DNA from: Alkalispirochaeta sp.
GTDB lineage: Bacteria > Spirochaetota > Spirochaetia > DSM-27196 > Alkalispirochaetaceae
DNA length: 64,000 nt
Direction: 5' to 3'
NCBI GenBank assembly: GCA_965601925.1
Contig: OZ271854.1
Location: 1 to 64,000, forward strand
The notes below the pieces were generated by a model. That model searched no databases. It had not been told where the DNA came from and saw only the letters and a list, made by a program, of their open reading frames with translations. How positions within the stretch are numbered: the stretch's first letter is position 1; each line of letters begins with the position of its first letter. Made by a program: the position numbers and the translations under genes. Below, piece after piece: positions 39,577-49,710 of the stretch.

Positions 39577-42500
39577 GCTCCGATACATACGTTGTACTCC
39601 AAGCGATTTCTTCCGTTCCGTTTGGCGGTGTAGAGTGCCTCATCGGCCGATTGCACGAGATTCGACGCGGTAACGCCCGCCTGTGGTACGGCAACGGATA
39701 CGCCGAGACTGACCGTCACGGGTCGCAGACCCTCTCCGGTATCGGTCTCTTCCACGGCGCGACGGATTCGCTCGCCGATGTGACGGGCGCCGTCCTGATC
39801 GGTCTCGTACAGCAGTACGGCAAACTCCTCGCCGCCGTATCGCGCCAAGAAGTCGGTGGTGCGGGACAGCTGCGACTCCATGACCGCGCTTACCGCAGAG
39901 AGAGCTCGATCGCCGGCCACGTGCCCGTAGATGTCGTTAAACTGCTTGAAGCGGTCGACATCGATCATGATCAACGCAATCGAGCAGTGGGAGCGTCGCG
40001 CCCGCGACCACTCCTCCGCCAGGTGCGCGTCGAAGTAGCGTCGGTTAAAGACGCCGGTCAGCGGGTCGCGCACGCTCAGACGCTCCAACTCCTTGTTTGC
40101 CACCGCGAGCTGTGAAACCGCGTGCTTGAGTGCTTGGTTCTTCTCCGATAGGACGCGCGCCTCTCGGATACGCCACGCGCCGCGAAAGACCAACACGCCG
40201 ACCAGACCGTAGATCGTCAGAGCCCACCAGTGGAGGTACCACGGTCTGAGCACGGTAAGATCCAACAACACCGGCGTCTCGCTCCACGATCCGGCGGCGT
40301 TTGCCGCTTGTACCTGCAGCTGATAGTGTCCCGCCGGAAGGTTGGTATAGGTCGCAAAGTTGCGCGTGCCGCTGTAAATCCACTCTCTATCGAAACCGAC
40401 CAGCCGGTAGGCATAGGTATTACTCTCCGGCGACTCGTAGTCGAGTGCGACAAACTCAAAGCTGACGAAACTGTCGTCGGGTCCCAACCGTAGACTCGCA
40501 CCGTTAAACGAAATGAGCTCCGAGTCGATCGACTCCTGAAAGACGCGTACGTCGGTGATCTGTACGCGCGGAGGATGCGGGTTCTGGGTGGTGACCGACG
40601 AGTCGATCTGCGTAATCCCGTGTCCCCCACCGAACAGGAGTGTCCCGTCGGGGTCGCGAAAGTGGCCCGTGTGAAACTCGCTCCCGAATAGGCCGTCACG
40701 TTCGTCCAATACATCGATGTGATCGGTCGCCGGGTCGTACATCGACAGGCCGCGCTGCGTCGACGCCCACACCCTACCGTCGTACCCCTCCAGAATGGCC
40801 AGTATCGTATTGTTCGAGAGCCCGTCCTCCTCGGTCAGGTGTTCGAAAATGCGGCTGCGCCGATCAAGTCGGCTGAGCCCTCCGCTGGTAGTTCCGATCC
40901 AAAACCAGCCGCGCGAGTCCTCGTAGAGCACGCGCACCGAGTTACTGCTCAAGCCCCGGGGGTTACGCGGATCGTAACGATACGCCTCGAAGTCGTCCGA
41001 CTCCTCCCGATATCGATTGAGTCCGTCGTTGGTTGCGATCCAGATATCACCGGCACCGTCGGCGAGGATGTCGTAGATGAGGTCGTCGGTGAGCGTCCCG
41101 GGGGTCGACGCGTCGTGTCGGTAGACGCGTGTCTCGCCGGTAACCGGGTCGAATCGACGCACACCTTGCCGATAGGTGCCGATCCAGAACCGCCCGCGGC
41201 GATCCTGCTCGAGGGCGTAGATAATCTCGTCGTCGTAGACGGCCGCCTCATGGACGTCGCGCCCCCACGCATGAAAGCGGTCGCTTCCTGCGTCGTACCG
41301 TTGCAGCCCCTCATTTGTGCCGACCCACAGGTACCCGTCGCGATCCTCGAACAGGGTCGTTACGATGTCGTCGGCGAGGGAATAACGGTCCGTCGCATCG
41401 TGGCGATACCTATACCACACTGCGCCGTCATCGTCGTAGCGGGCCAACCCTCCGCTGTACAGGCCGGCCCACAGCGTGCCGTCACGGGTGCGAATCAACG
41501 CGTTAATCTTACCGGCCGGCAGACTCCCGGGACGTTCGGGGTCGTGAAAGTGGGTGCGATAGTTCCGCTGTCGCGGACTGAGGTAGTGTAGCCCTCCTCC
41601 GTTCGTTCCGACCCATATGAGCCCGGTGGCGTCCTGAAAGAGGGCGTAGATGACCGAGGAGGCCAAACTATCGGCGGATTGCAGCGTGAACTCGTAGACC
41701 TCGCCGTCGGAAGTCACCGCAAAAAGACCGCCTCCCCAGCTGCCGGCCCACAAGGACCCGTCATCGGCGGCCAACACCGTGTAGATCGTGTTGGCGCTGA
41801 ACTGCCGGACCTCCCTGACGCCCCGGTCTACCGAATACACGGCGATCCCTCCCGGATAGGGAGGCGTGCCCCACGTGCCGATGAGGATCGTTCCCGGCTC
41901 GATCTCGTCGAGGGCCATCACGAACGGAGAGGGTAGCTCAATATCCACATCCACAACGCGCTCGGACTCACCGTCCCAGCGGGCGAGCCCGTCGTAGGTG
42001 GCGATCCACAGTACTCCGTCGGAGTCCAAAAGGAGATCGCGAATCACCTCGCTCGATGTGGGAATGCGCTCGAACGCCCCCCCGTCCGTCATGCGATTGA
42101 GTCCGTCCTGCGTACCGACCCACAGCCGTCCTTCGGGTCCGCGGCTGATCGAGAGCACGACGGCGTTGCTGAGGCTCGTGGGATCTTCGTAGTCGTGGCG
42201 ATACGTCTCAAATCCGAGTCGGCCCGCGGTGAAGCGCGCGAGCCCGTCGTAGGTACCGACCCAGATCGAGTCGGTCTCCTCGTCATAGTAGATCGTCTGC
42301 ACCAGATCGTGCGGCAGCGAGTCGAGATTGAAGGGTTGATTTCGGTGAGTTCGAAACCGTCGACCGTCGTAGCGGGAGAGCCCTCCTTGGGTGCCCAGCC
42401 ACAAAAAGCCCCGCCGATCCTGTTGGATCGAGGAGACCGAGCTGCTAGGCAACCCGCTTTGACGCGTGATAAGGTTAAACTTGGGGCGTTGGCCGTCGGC

Positions 42501-42581
42501 AAAGAAAACCTGACCGTCAACTTGGCTGGTCAGAAAGCCGATAAGTGTGATAACAAAGCAGCGACGCAGTACGGTACTCAT
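39573..42581 (-). CDS. Membrane diguanylate cyclase: beta-propeller sensor + Y_Y_Y + TM + GGDEF
   Basis: Repeated DxxGxLWxGTxxGL propeller blades; YAYRLVGFD and YTNLPAGHY; TM segment; DPLTGVFNRR, RTTD I-site, GGEEF. Confidence 0.93.
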   Translation of the reverse strand: MSTVLRRCFVITLIGFLTSQVDGQVFFADGQRPKFNLITRQSGLPSSSVSSIQQDRRGFLWLGTQGGLSRYDGRRFRTHRNQPFNLDSLPHDLVQTIYYDEETDSIWVGTYDGLARFTAGRLGFETYRHDYEDPTSLSNAVVLSISRGPEGRLWVGTQDGLNRMTDGGAFERIPTSSEVIRDLLLDSDGVLWIATYDGLARWDGESERVVDVDIELPSPFVMALDEIEPGTILIGTWGTPPYPGGIAVYSVDRGVREVRQFSANTIYTVLAADDGSLWAGSWGGGLFAVTSDGEVYEFTLQSADSLASSVIYALFQDATGLIWVGTNGGGLHYLSPRQRNYRTHFHDPERPGSLPAGKINALIRTRDGTLWAGLYSGGLARYDDDGAVWYRYRHDATDRYSLADDIVTTLFEDRDGYLWVGTNEGLQRYDAGSDRFHAWGRDVHEAAVYDDEIIYALEQDRRGRFWIGTYRQGVRRFDPVTGETRVYRHDASTPGTLTDDLIYDILADGAGDIWIATNDGLNRYREESDDFEAYRYDPRNPRGLSSNSVRVLYEDSRGWFWIGTTSGGLSRLDRRSRIFEHLTEEDGLSNNTILAILEGYDGRVWASTQRGLSMYDPATDHIDVLDERDGLFGSEFHTGHFRDPDGTLLFGGGHGITQIDSSVTTQNPHPPRVQITDVRVFQESIDSELISFNGASLRLGPDDSFVSFEFVALDYESPESNTYAYRLVGFDREWIYSGTRNFATYTNLPAGHYQLQVQAANAAGSWSETPVLLDLTVLRPWYLHWWALTIYGLVGVLVFRGAWRIREARVLSEKNQALKHAVSQLAVANKELERLSVRDPLTGVFNRRYFDAHLAEEWSRARRSHCSIALIMIDVDRFKQFNDIYGHVAGDRALSAVSAVMESQLSRTTDFLARYGGEEFAVLLYETDQDGARHIGERIRRAVEETDTGEGLRPVTVSLGVSVAVPQAGVTASNLVQSADEALYTAKRNGRNRLEYNVCIGA

Positions 42582-42614
42582 CGATACTGTTAGTCTAACG
42601 CAATACAGGAACCA

Positions 42615-44339
42615 ATGGCACATCTTCTGCTGGTAGATAACGACCCGGATATTCTTGAGCTGCTGCGTCTGGGGATTGAGGAGTTCGGGTACGAAGTACG
42701 AACCGCTCCGAGCGGCGTCGAGGCGCTCCGGTCGATAGAGAGAGAGCCGCCGGACGTCCTCGTGACGGATCTTATCATGCCGAACGTCAGCGGGGAGAAA
42801 CTCCTGCGCATCGTGCGGTCCGTCCCGGAATGGAGCCATATCCGCACGGTCGTTATATCCGGCGTAGCGGCGGAAGCGCCGGAAATTCGCGCTCGTACTC
42901 CCTGCGATATATACATCGCAAAGGGTCCGATCAGCACGACGGTCAAGCACCTAATCGACGCGCTGACCAACTTCGACACGATGAGCACCCAACAGCGCGA
43001 CTCCACGCTCGGGATCGACCACATCCATTCACGGCATATCACTCGCGAGCTTCTCGAGTTTAAGCGGGATGTCGACACCATCCTCGATCACATCTCCGAC
43101 GGCGTATGCAAAATCGATCGGGATTTGATCATCGTGTGGATGAATCGATCCTTTACACGTCTCACCGGATATGACGAGGCGGAGATTTTAGGCCGCTCGA
43201 TCCGCGGTATTCTTCCCACCTCGGCGGTCGACGCATTGCAGCGTATCGCCTCGACGGAGAGTCCTACGGAAGACGATGACGTTGCGGAGTTTCATTTTGA
43301 AAAGACACAACGGTTGGTACGGGCGACACCGCTCTACCGCTGGAACGGACGCGACGACGCAGCGTTCATATGGCAAAATGTGACCGACCGTCTCCTCCTC
43401 GAGGAGCAGTACGAAAACATCGTCGAGAGCACGCGGGATCTCGTGTGGACCACCGATCTTGAAGGTCGCCTGAACTATCTGAGTCGATCCAGCCGTCGTA
43501 CGCTGGGACTCGACCCCGAGGATCTCATCGGAACTCCCTTTTGGTGCGTTGCGATCGAGCAGGATCGGGAAGAGGCGAGTCGCGAAGCCAGGACGTTGCT
43601 GGTCGATGTACGGGCGGAAGTGCAGGAAGAGCAACGCGTCTTTGAGTGGCGCGGCCTGCACGCCTCGGGAGAACCGTTGTGGATCCAAGTGCGCGCCTCG
43701 ACGCTCCGAGATCGCGCCGGACACGTTATCGGCCTCCAGGGCGTCTTTTCCGACATCACGCGGGAGCGGTCGCTGTTGGCGGAACGCGAAGCGTTGCTGC
43801 ACGAGATTAACCATCGCGTCCGCGACAACCTGCAACTCGTCGCGAGTCTGGCGCGCGTCAGTTCACCCGATCTCCTCGCCGGTCGTATCACCGCGATCGG
43901 CGAGGTCTTCGACGAGTTGTATCGCGAACGCTCCTTTTCGCACGTGAAGCCTGCGCCGTTGATCCATCGCGTCGTGGCCGCCGCCCTGGCCGGCGGCGGG
44001 TGCGGCATGATAGATGATCCGGATTACCAAATCGAAATCGAAAGCCTTCCGATGCGGCGCGCCGTCCCCCTGGCGCTACTGATAAACGAGATTATCACCG
44101 AAGTATGCGCGAACAAAATCGTACTCGACGGCACGCGAAGTCTGTACATCCGTCTGGAGCGTACGGAACAAAGCCACCGCCTTACGGTGGAGGCGGGACA
44201 CATCGGACGACTCACCGACACGCCCGGAGCGCCCATTGCGACCAGCAGTATCCTCACCCTCATGGTGGAGCAGCTCCACGGGTCGGCGGTTCTCTACGAG
44301 AGCGGGCGCGCCCGTCGCTACTACGTACTGTTCGATTGA
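42615..44339 (+). CDS. Receiver-PAS-PAS-HisKA_2 hybrid protein with degenerate ATPase domain
   Basis: LLVDND...VTDLIMP receiver; two PAS domains; EINHRVRDNLQ H-box. Confidence 0.85.
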   Translation: MAHLLLVDNDPDILELLRLGIEEFGYEVRTAPSGVEALRSIEREPPDVLVTDLIMPNVSGEKLLRIVRSVPEWSHIRTVVISGVAAEAPEIRARTPCDIYIAKGPISTTVKHLIDALTNFDTMSTQQRDSTLGIDHIHSRHITRELLEFKRDVDTILDHISDGVCKIDRDLIIVWMNRSFTRLTGYDEAEILGRSIRGILPTSAVDALQRIASTESPTEDDDVAEFHFEKTQRLVRATPLYRWNGRDDAAFIWQNVTDRLLLEEQYENIVESTRDLVWTTDLEGRLNYLSRSSRRTLGLDPEDLIGTPFWCVAIEQDREEASREARTLLVDVRAEVQEEQRVFEWRGLHASGEPLWIQVRASTLRDRAGHVIGLQGVFSDITRERSLLAEREALLHEINHRVRDNLQLVASLARVSSPDLLAGRITAIGEVFDELYRERSFSHVKPAPLIHRVVAAALAGGGCGMIDDPDYQIEIESLPMRRAVPLALLINEIITEVCANKIVLDGTRSLYIRLERTEQSHRLTVEAGHIGRLTDTPGAPIATSSILTLMVEQLHGSAVLYESGRARRYYVLFD

Positions 44340-44362
44340 CGACGCGGGATGCGGGAGGAAGT

Positions 44363-45043
44363 CTACTCTGCGACTACCCCGGTTACGACGGTGCGATAGC
44401 GCTCCTCGATCATAGTGTGGAGACGCCGCCCCAAGGCGGTAGACAGTCGCGATCGACTCGTCTCAAAGAACTCGTCCATACGGGGATAATCGGGAAAGAC
44501 CTGCTCTCCGGCGGAGGGGTCGTAACGCTTGTCGCGCTCATACACGTACGCCTGTAGACACATATCGATAAGGTTCATGTCGCGCACGAATCGGGCGGCC
44601 GGAGAGATCGCGCCCTCGTACTCTCTCCACAACTCGCCGACGAGATGCAGACTCATTTCGGCCTGTCCGTCAACCGCCTCACCGCGCGCGGTCGTGAGGC
44701 GCACGATTGCCGCATCTTCAAGTCGAGCCTTCTCCTCAGCCGACGGATGAGAGACCTCGGGATTCTGTCGTCGAGGGATGTCTCCCACTTGCACCTCGGC
44801 CAAATCGTGTACCAACGCCATCGATACGGCCCGGTGGGGATCGAGAGCCGCGAGGCTATCGTCGATTGCAGCGTACGGCGCAAAGAGCAAACACAGCTGC
44901 GCGGTGCCCCAGGAATGATCCGCTACCGATTCGGGCCGTTCCACTTCTCGCAAAATCCAGCCGCTGCGATCCACGTCCTTCAGTGCGCTATACTCGATCG
45001 CTCGATTCAACAGAAGTGCAAGCCCGTCGCGTTCGAAATCCAT
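44363..45043 (-). CDS. HD-domain hydrolase (HDDC2/5'-deoxynucleotidase-like)
   Basis: LKDVDRSGW, ESVADHSW and LVHDLAE motifs; TTGATT-17-TAGCGT lies 7 nt before ATG. Confidence 0.88.
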   Translation of the reverse strand: MDFERDGLALLLNRAIEYSALKDVDRSGWILREVERPESVADHSWGTAQLCLLFAPYAAIDDSLAALDPHRAVSMALVHDLAEVQVGDIPRRQNPEVSHPSAEEKARLEDAAIVRLTTARGEAVDGQAEMSLHLVGELWREYEGAISPAARFVRDMNLIDMCLQAYVYERDKRYDPSAGEQVFPDYPRMDEFFETSRSRLSTALGRRLHTMIEERYRTVVTGVVAE

Positions 45044-45065
45044 GGCAGCAACGCTACCGTCCCAT

Positions 45066-45120
45066 GTTCAAACAATCAATAGAGATCGTTCAAACTCGGT
45101 TCATACTTTGCCGCTATCTT
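45066..45120 (+). promoter_or_regulatory. Putative OmpR-family binding boxes and -10 element
   Basis: GTTCAAAC at 45066 and 45088, GTTCATAC at 45099 (11-bp phasing); TATCTT at 45115. Confidence 0.55.
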
Positions 45121-45149
45121 CGGAACATCAAATCACTTGGAGGTACGAC

Positions 45150-45632
45150 ATGAAGCGTACGATTGTTACCATGCTACTGCTCAGCACGCTTGCAGGTTTT
45201 GTCGCGGCACAGGATCGCCCCGACGGAGAGGCCCAGACGATTACCGGACGGATCGTCCTCGAGGAGGATACGTTACCGGTCCTGATTGCAGGTCAAACTC
45301 GCTACGATCTTCTGATTCATCCGTCCCTGGCGTCGGAAATCTCGGTCGACAGCGGCGAGACGGTGACCGTGGAAGGATATGTTATGGAGACCGCCTCCTT
45401 CGATCTCATCGGAACCGAGCGGCGTATCATGGTCACCGCTTTCGAGAGCGGGGATACGCGCGTTGTCCTTCCCCTCGGGCGACGGGGCGCGCGAGGAGGC
45501 CGGTGGGGTCGCCGAGCGGGCGGCCGCGACTCGGCGTGGTACGGTACAGGCGGTCCGATGGGCTACGGCGGCTGCCGGACCTCGGAACCGACCGGCCGGG
45601 GAGAGCAACCGCGCGGTAGAGATACGCGCTAA
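45150..45632 (+). CDS. Secreted hypothetical protein with Gly/Arg-rich tail
   Basis: GGAGGT RBS; signal peptide MKRTIVTMLLLSTLAGFVAA. Confidence 0.75.
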   Translation: MKRTIVTMLLLSTLAGFVAAQDRPDGEAQTITGRIVLEEDTLPVLIAGQTRYDLLIHPSLASEISVDSGETVTVEGYVMETASFDLIGTERRIMVTAFESGDTRVVLPLGRRGARGGRWGRRAGGRDSAWYGTGGPMGYGGCRTSEPTGRGEQPRGRDTR

Positions 45633-45765
45633 CGCGGTGCGTAAGAACGCAAACCGTCGAACCGTGAAGGACCCGGGGATCGACACTCTCCGGGTCGATT
45701 CGTGACGGGTGCGCAGCGGGCTTCGATTTCGGCCGACATCTGATACACTACCGGCGGGGAGAGCG

Positions 45766-46458
45766 ATGGCGACAGTGTTGGTCGTGGAAGATGAACACGA
45801 TCTCAACCGTATGATATGCGACTATCTGGCGAGTAAAGGGTACAAAACGAGGGCCGCTTTCGACGGCGCAGAAGCGATCAGACTCGTATTCGACGCCCCT
45901 CCCGACATCATTGTGCTCGATCTCAACCTTCCCAATCTTGACGGCCTGGAAGTGGCTCGCGTCGTCGCCACACAGACGTCGATACCGACCATCATCACGA
46001 CGGCGCGGGGCGAGGAGGACGACAGGCTTGCCGGCTTTCGGGCGGGCGCCGATGACTACGTGGTCAAACCGTTCAGTCTGCCGGAGTTGGCACTTCGTAT
46101 TGAGGCGGTGCTCCGGCGAACGGATCGCAGATCGGCCGACACATCGCAGGATGCGGTCGTATCGGCCGGAGACGTACGGATCGACGTCGATCGTCGGATC
46201 GTCACCGTTGCAGGGCGGCGCGTCGATCTTACCGCAGCCCAATTCTCGATGCTCCTCACCCTTGCGAAATCGCCGGGGCGCGTGTTCACGCGCCTGCAAC
46301 TCCTGGAAAGCGTTCAGGACACGACATATGAAGGATACGAGCGCACCGTCGACGTCCATATCAAAAATATCCGCAAACGCATCGAGACGAATCCGCATGA
46401 ACCCCGTCGGATCAAGACCGTTTGGGGAGTCGGATATCGGATGGAGGAGTCCGAGTGA
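45766..46458 (+). CDS. OmpR-family response regulator
   Basis: VVEDE, VLDLNLP, GADDYVVKPF, RTVDVHIKNIR and TVWGVGY motifs. Confidence 0.95.
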   Translation: MATVLVVEDEHDLNRMICDYLASKGYKTRAAFDGAEAIRLVFDAPPDIIVLDLNLPNLDGLEVARVVATQTSIPTIITTARGEEDDRLAGFRAGADDYVVKPFSLPELALRIEAVLRRTDRRSADTSQDAVVSAGDVRIDVDRRIVTVAGRRVDLTAAQFSMLLTLAKSPGRVFTRLQLLESVQDTTYEGYERTVDVHIKNIRKRIETNPHEPRRIKTVWGVGYRMEESE

Positions 46459-47969
46459 AGGCGCGGTTGAGCGCACGGATCGCGGCGAGCCACGTTATTC
46501 TCGTCGCTTCCGCGCTCTTCGTGTTCGTCGTGTCGGTAGCCTCGATCACATACCGCGACGTCGCCGACGTCGGGACCGGAGTCGACCGTGCGGTCGCGAT
46601 GCGCCTGGCCCCGTGGCTCGAGAGCTACTATCGCCGGAACGGATCGTGGTCGGGAGTCGAGGAACTGCTTCGCGGCGAGCTGTCGACGCGGGCGTCCGAA
46701 CCGGCGATCGACGATCCGATGCACGGCGGGAGGGTGCGCCACAGGCCGTGGCTCATGCGCCGACCCCGAGATTCATACGGACGCATCGTGCCGATGATGC
46801 ATGAGCGCAGCCGTGCGTTTTTTTCAAATCAGCCCGTCGTCGTCATCGATCCGGACGATCGACTCGTGGCGATACACGGCATCGATCGCGACCGTGCCCG
46901 TGAGATCGTCGCCGAGGCTCCCGGCGGAGTGTGGCGCGATCGCGGCGTGGCGCTTCGTGGGGCCGACGGCGTCGTCGCGTGGTTGTTGGTCGGCTCGATG
47001 ATCGCCGAGGAGCGAAACCAACTGCTCGATGCGGTTATGGATACGATGCGCCGCGCCATCGCCGTGACGTCCGTCTTCGTTCTCTCGGCGGCGGCGGTAT
47101 TGAGCGCGTGGTGGGCGCGCTGGCTACTGCGCCCGATCCGCGCCCTGGATGCCGCGGCCCGCGAGATCGCGACCGGAAACTACGAGAGCGTCGTAGAGGT
47201 TCCTTCGGGCGAACACGAACTGTCGATGCTCGCCCGCAGTTTTAACACCATGGCTCGTGAAGTGGCGCTGCAGGAGCGGAGTCGGCGCCGATTCGTCGCC
47301 GACGCCGCGCATGAACTGAGAACGCCGATCGCGCTCGTCACCGCAAGAATCGACATGCTCCGCGACGGGGTGTACCGGCCGGAGGGTGAGCAGTGGAACG
47401 CCCTGTCGCGCGACGTCGATCGTCTCGGGATGCTCGTGGACGATCTGCAACTCTTGGCGCGAGCCGACGCCGGGCGGTTGTCTCTCACTCTCACGCCGAT
47501 GACTCTCGACGGGGTGATACGCGATGCGCACGATCGCTTTGCGCCGGCCGCGCGAGCGGCGCGCGTTACCCTCCGCACCGCACGTCCCGTCGCCGAGTCA
47601 CCACAGGTTGCCGTCGATCCGTCTCGAATGGGGCAGGTGCTCGCCAATATCATCGGCAACGCACTGCGCTACGCGCCCGGTGGAAGCGCTATCCGTATCG
47701 AAGGCGGTCGCCTCGACGCCGGTACGGTGTACATCGCCGTCGAGGACGCCGGTCCGGGCGTACCGGAGGCCGACCGCGAGCGTGTATTCGAGCGCTTCGT
47801 CCGGCTCGACGCCCACCGCGGTCGCGAGGAGGGCGGGAGCGGCTTAGGCCTCGCGATCGCCGCCGAGATCGTTCGCGCCCACGGCGGATCGATCCGAATC
47901 GAGGCGGCGCACCACTCGGAAGTGGGTGCACGATGTATCATTACGCTCCCGGCGTACGAGCCGAACTGA
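46455..47969 (+). CDS. Sensor histidine kinase (BaeS-like, HAMP)
   Basis: Two TM segments, HAMP, AHELRTP, NIIGNALRY, DAGPG, GSGLGLAI; GTGA overlap with the regulator. Confidence 0.93.
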   Translation: MKARLSARIAASHVILVASALFVFVVSVASITYRDVADVGTGVDRAVAMRLAPWLESYYRRNGSWSGVEELLRGELSTRASEPAIDDPMHGGRVRHRPWLMRRPRDSYGRIVPMMHERSRAFFSNQPVVVIDPDDRLVAIHGIDRDRAREIVAEAPGGVWRDRGVALRGADGVVAWLLVGSMIAEERNQLLDAVMDTMRRAIAVTSVFVLSAAAVLSAWWARWLLRPIRALDAAAREIATGNYESVVEVPSGEHELSMLARSFNTMAREVALQERSRRRFVADAAHELRTPIALVTARIDMLRDGVYRPEGEQWNALSRDVDRLGMLVDDLQLLARADAGRLSLTLTPMTLDGVIRDAHDRFAPAARAARVTLRTARPVAESPQVAVDPSRMGQVLANIIGNALRYAPGGSAIRIEGGRLDAGTVYIAVEDAGPGVPEADRERVFERFVRLDAHRGREEGGSGLGLAIAAEIVRAHGGSIRIEAAHHSEVGARCIITLPAYEPN

Positions 47970-47980
47970 GGACCGGCGCC

Positions 47981-49648
47981 TCACGACTCGTGTTGCGTAA
48001 GCAGTCCGTCCGATCCGACGGAGCGGTAGAAGCAGCTATGTCGCGGTCGTCCGTCGTCGTTCCGTGTATGACACGCACCGTCTCCGTCCAACCGTACGCG
48101 ATAAAGGAGGGCGTCCTGGTCGCAGTCTATGCGAATCTCCTCGACGTAGAGTACGTTGCCGCTCGTCTCCCCCTTGGTCCATAGCTCACTGCGACCGGTG
48201 CTCCAGAACGTCGCCTTTCCGGTGCGCTGCGTCGCCTCCAATGCGGCGCGATTGGCGTATCCGACCATCAGGACCTCACCGCCGTCGATCTGTTGCACGA
48301 CGACCGGCAGAAGCCCGCCCCGTTTACGAAACTGCGCCATGAGCACGTCGGTCTCCTCTACGATACTCTCCGACAGTGACGGTCCGCCGATGTCGCGACG
48401 ATACTGCATGCCGTCAAAGGAGACGAGACGCAAACGCTCATACGCACGCCTGCGCGCCTCGTCGACCGTTGCGCCGCGCGAGACGGCGGCGAGCACGCGC
48501 CCCCCCGCGGTTTTGAGCTCGTTACCGTCGGCGGCGAGGCCGGCGTAGAAGATATGGGTTTGTCCGGACAAAGCGCTGCGGCTGGGAACCGGTTCGACCG
48601 CGACACGCGCGCCCGAATTGTAGGGCCCGGGATAGCCCGCAGAGGCCGCCACCACGGCGCAACTCGCGCCGTCACGGACGCCGAAGCTCGCCTCGTTCAC
48701 CGCATCGCCGAGGCGCCCCTGGGCGAGACCGCGCAACAACACGCCGAAGTCGCCGTCGATGAGCGGGAGAATCGCCTGCGCCTCCGGATCGCCGAATCGT
48801 ACGTTGTATTCGAGGACGCGCGCCTCACCGTCGTCGACCATCAACCCGATGAAGAGAAATCCGCGAAACAACGCTCCCATGCTGCGAACGGCCTCGACAC
48901 TCGGCTCGACGATGTCGCGCTCGATCCGAGCACGGACGGTGTCGGTAATCCGAGGATTCGGCGCGATCGCTCCCATGCCGCCGGTATTCGCGCCGAGGTC
49001 GCCCTCGCCGATCCGCTTATGATCCTGCGCGGTCGGGAGGGTGATGTATCCCGACTCATCGAGCATCACGATAACCGACGCCTCAAAGCCCGACAGACAT
49101 CGCTCCACGACCACCGTTTCGCCGGCCTCTCCGAAGAGGCGCTCGGTCATGATCGTCTCGATCGCCGCCGCAGCCTGCGTCTCCGACTCGCACACCGACA
49201 CACCCTTGCCCGCCGCGAGTCCGTCCGCCTTTATGACCACCGGTACGCCGAACTCCCGCACCGCCTCCCGGGCCTCCTCCACGGTGCGACACACGCGATA
49301 ATCGGCGGTGCGAATGGCGTGGTCGCGCATGAAGTCCTTGGCAAAGGCCTTGCTGCCTTCGAGTCGCGCAGCCTCCCGCGAAGGTCCGACGACATCGATT
49401 CCTTCACCGCGCAACTCATCGGCCAACCCGGCGACCAGAGGAGCTTCGGGCCCGATGACCACGACATCGACGTCCAAACCGCGTATCGATTCGGCGGAGG
49501 GCTTCGGGGAGACGACGGTGATACGCGGATCGGTCGCCATCCCTGCGTTGCCCGGAGATACCAGGACCGCTCGGACACTCGGGCTTTCGATGAGGCGCCA
49601 CGCGAGTGCGTGCTCCCGACCGCCCGAACCGACGACAAGTACTCTCAT
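47981..49648 (-). CDS. purD: Phosphoribosylamine--glycine ligase fused to phosphoribosyl-AMP cyclohydrolase (PurD-HisI)
   Basis: GSGGREHAL, KADGLAAGKGV, QDHKR, NTGGMG, EYNVRFGDPE, YRRDIG; then in frame LWTKGETSG, DCDQD, ACHT, SCFYR; AAGGAG RBS. Confidence 0.93.
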   Translation of the reverse strand: MRVLVVGSGGREHALAWRLIESPSVRAVLVSPGNAGMATDPRITVVSPKPSAESIRGLDVDVVVIGPEAPLVAGLADELRGEGIDVVGPSREAARLEGSKAFAKDFMRDHAIRTADYRVCRTVEEAREAVREFGVPVVIKADGLAAGKGVSVCESETQAAAAIETIMTERLFGEAGETVVVERCLSGFEASVIVMLDESGYITLPTAQDHKRIGEGDLGANTGGMGAIAPNPRITDTVRARIERDIVEPSVEAVRSMGALFRGFLFIGLMVDDGEARVLEYNVRFGDPEAQAILPLIDGDFGVLLRGLAQGRLGDAVNEASFGVRDGASCAVVAASAGYPGPYNSGARVAVEPVPSRSALSGQTHIFYAGLAADGNELKTAGGRVLAAVSRGATVDEARRRAYERLRLVSFDGMQYRRDIGGPSLSESIVEETDVLMAQFRKRGGLLPVVVQQIDGGEVLMVGYANRAALEATQRTGKATFWSTGRSELWTKGETSGNVLYVEEIRIDCDQDALLYRVRLDGDGACHTRNDDGRPRHSCFYRSVGSDGLLTQHES

Positions 49649-49710
49649 GCTCACTCCTTCTATCTCCCCGTTTCACCGACCGCCCGTGCCCCGGCGGTGG
49701 AATCACGATC

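Noticed and set aside
40700..42420. Periodic GTxxGL-type repeats at DNA and protein level
   Set aside because: These are beta-propeller blades of the sensor domain, not a CRISPR array or DNA repeat element
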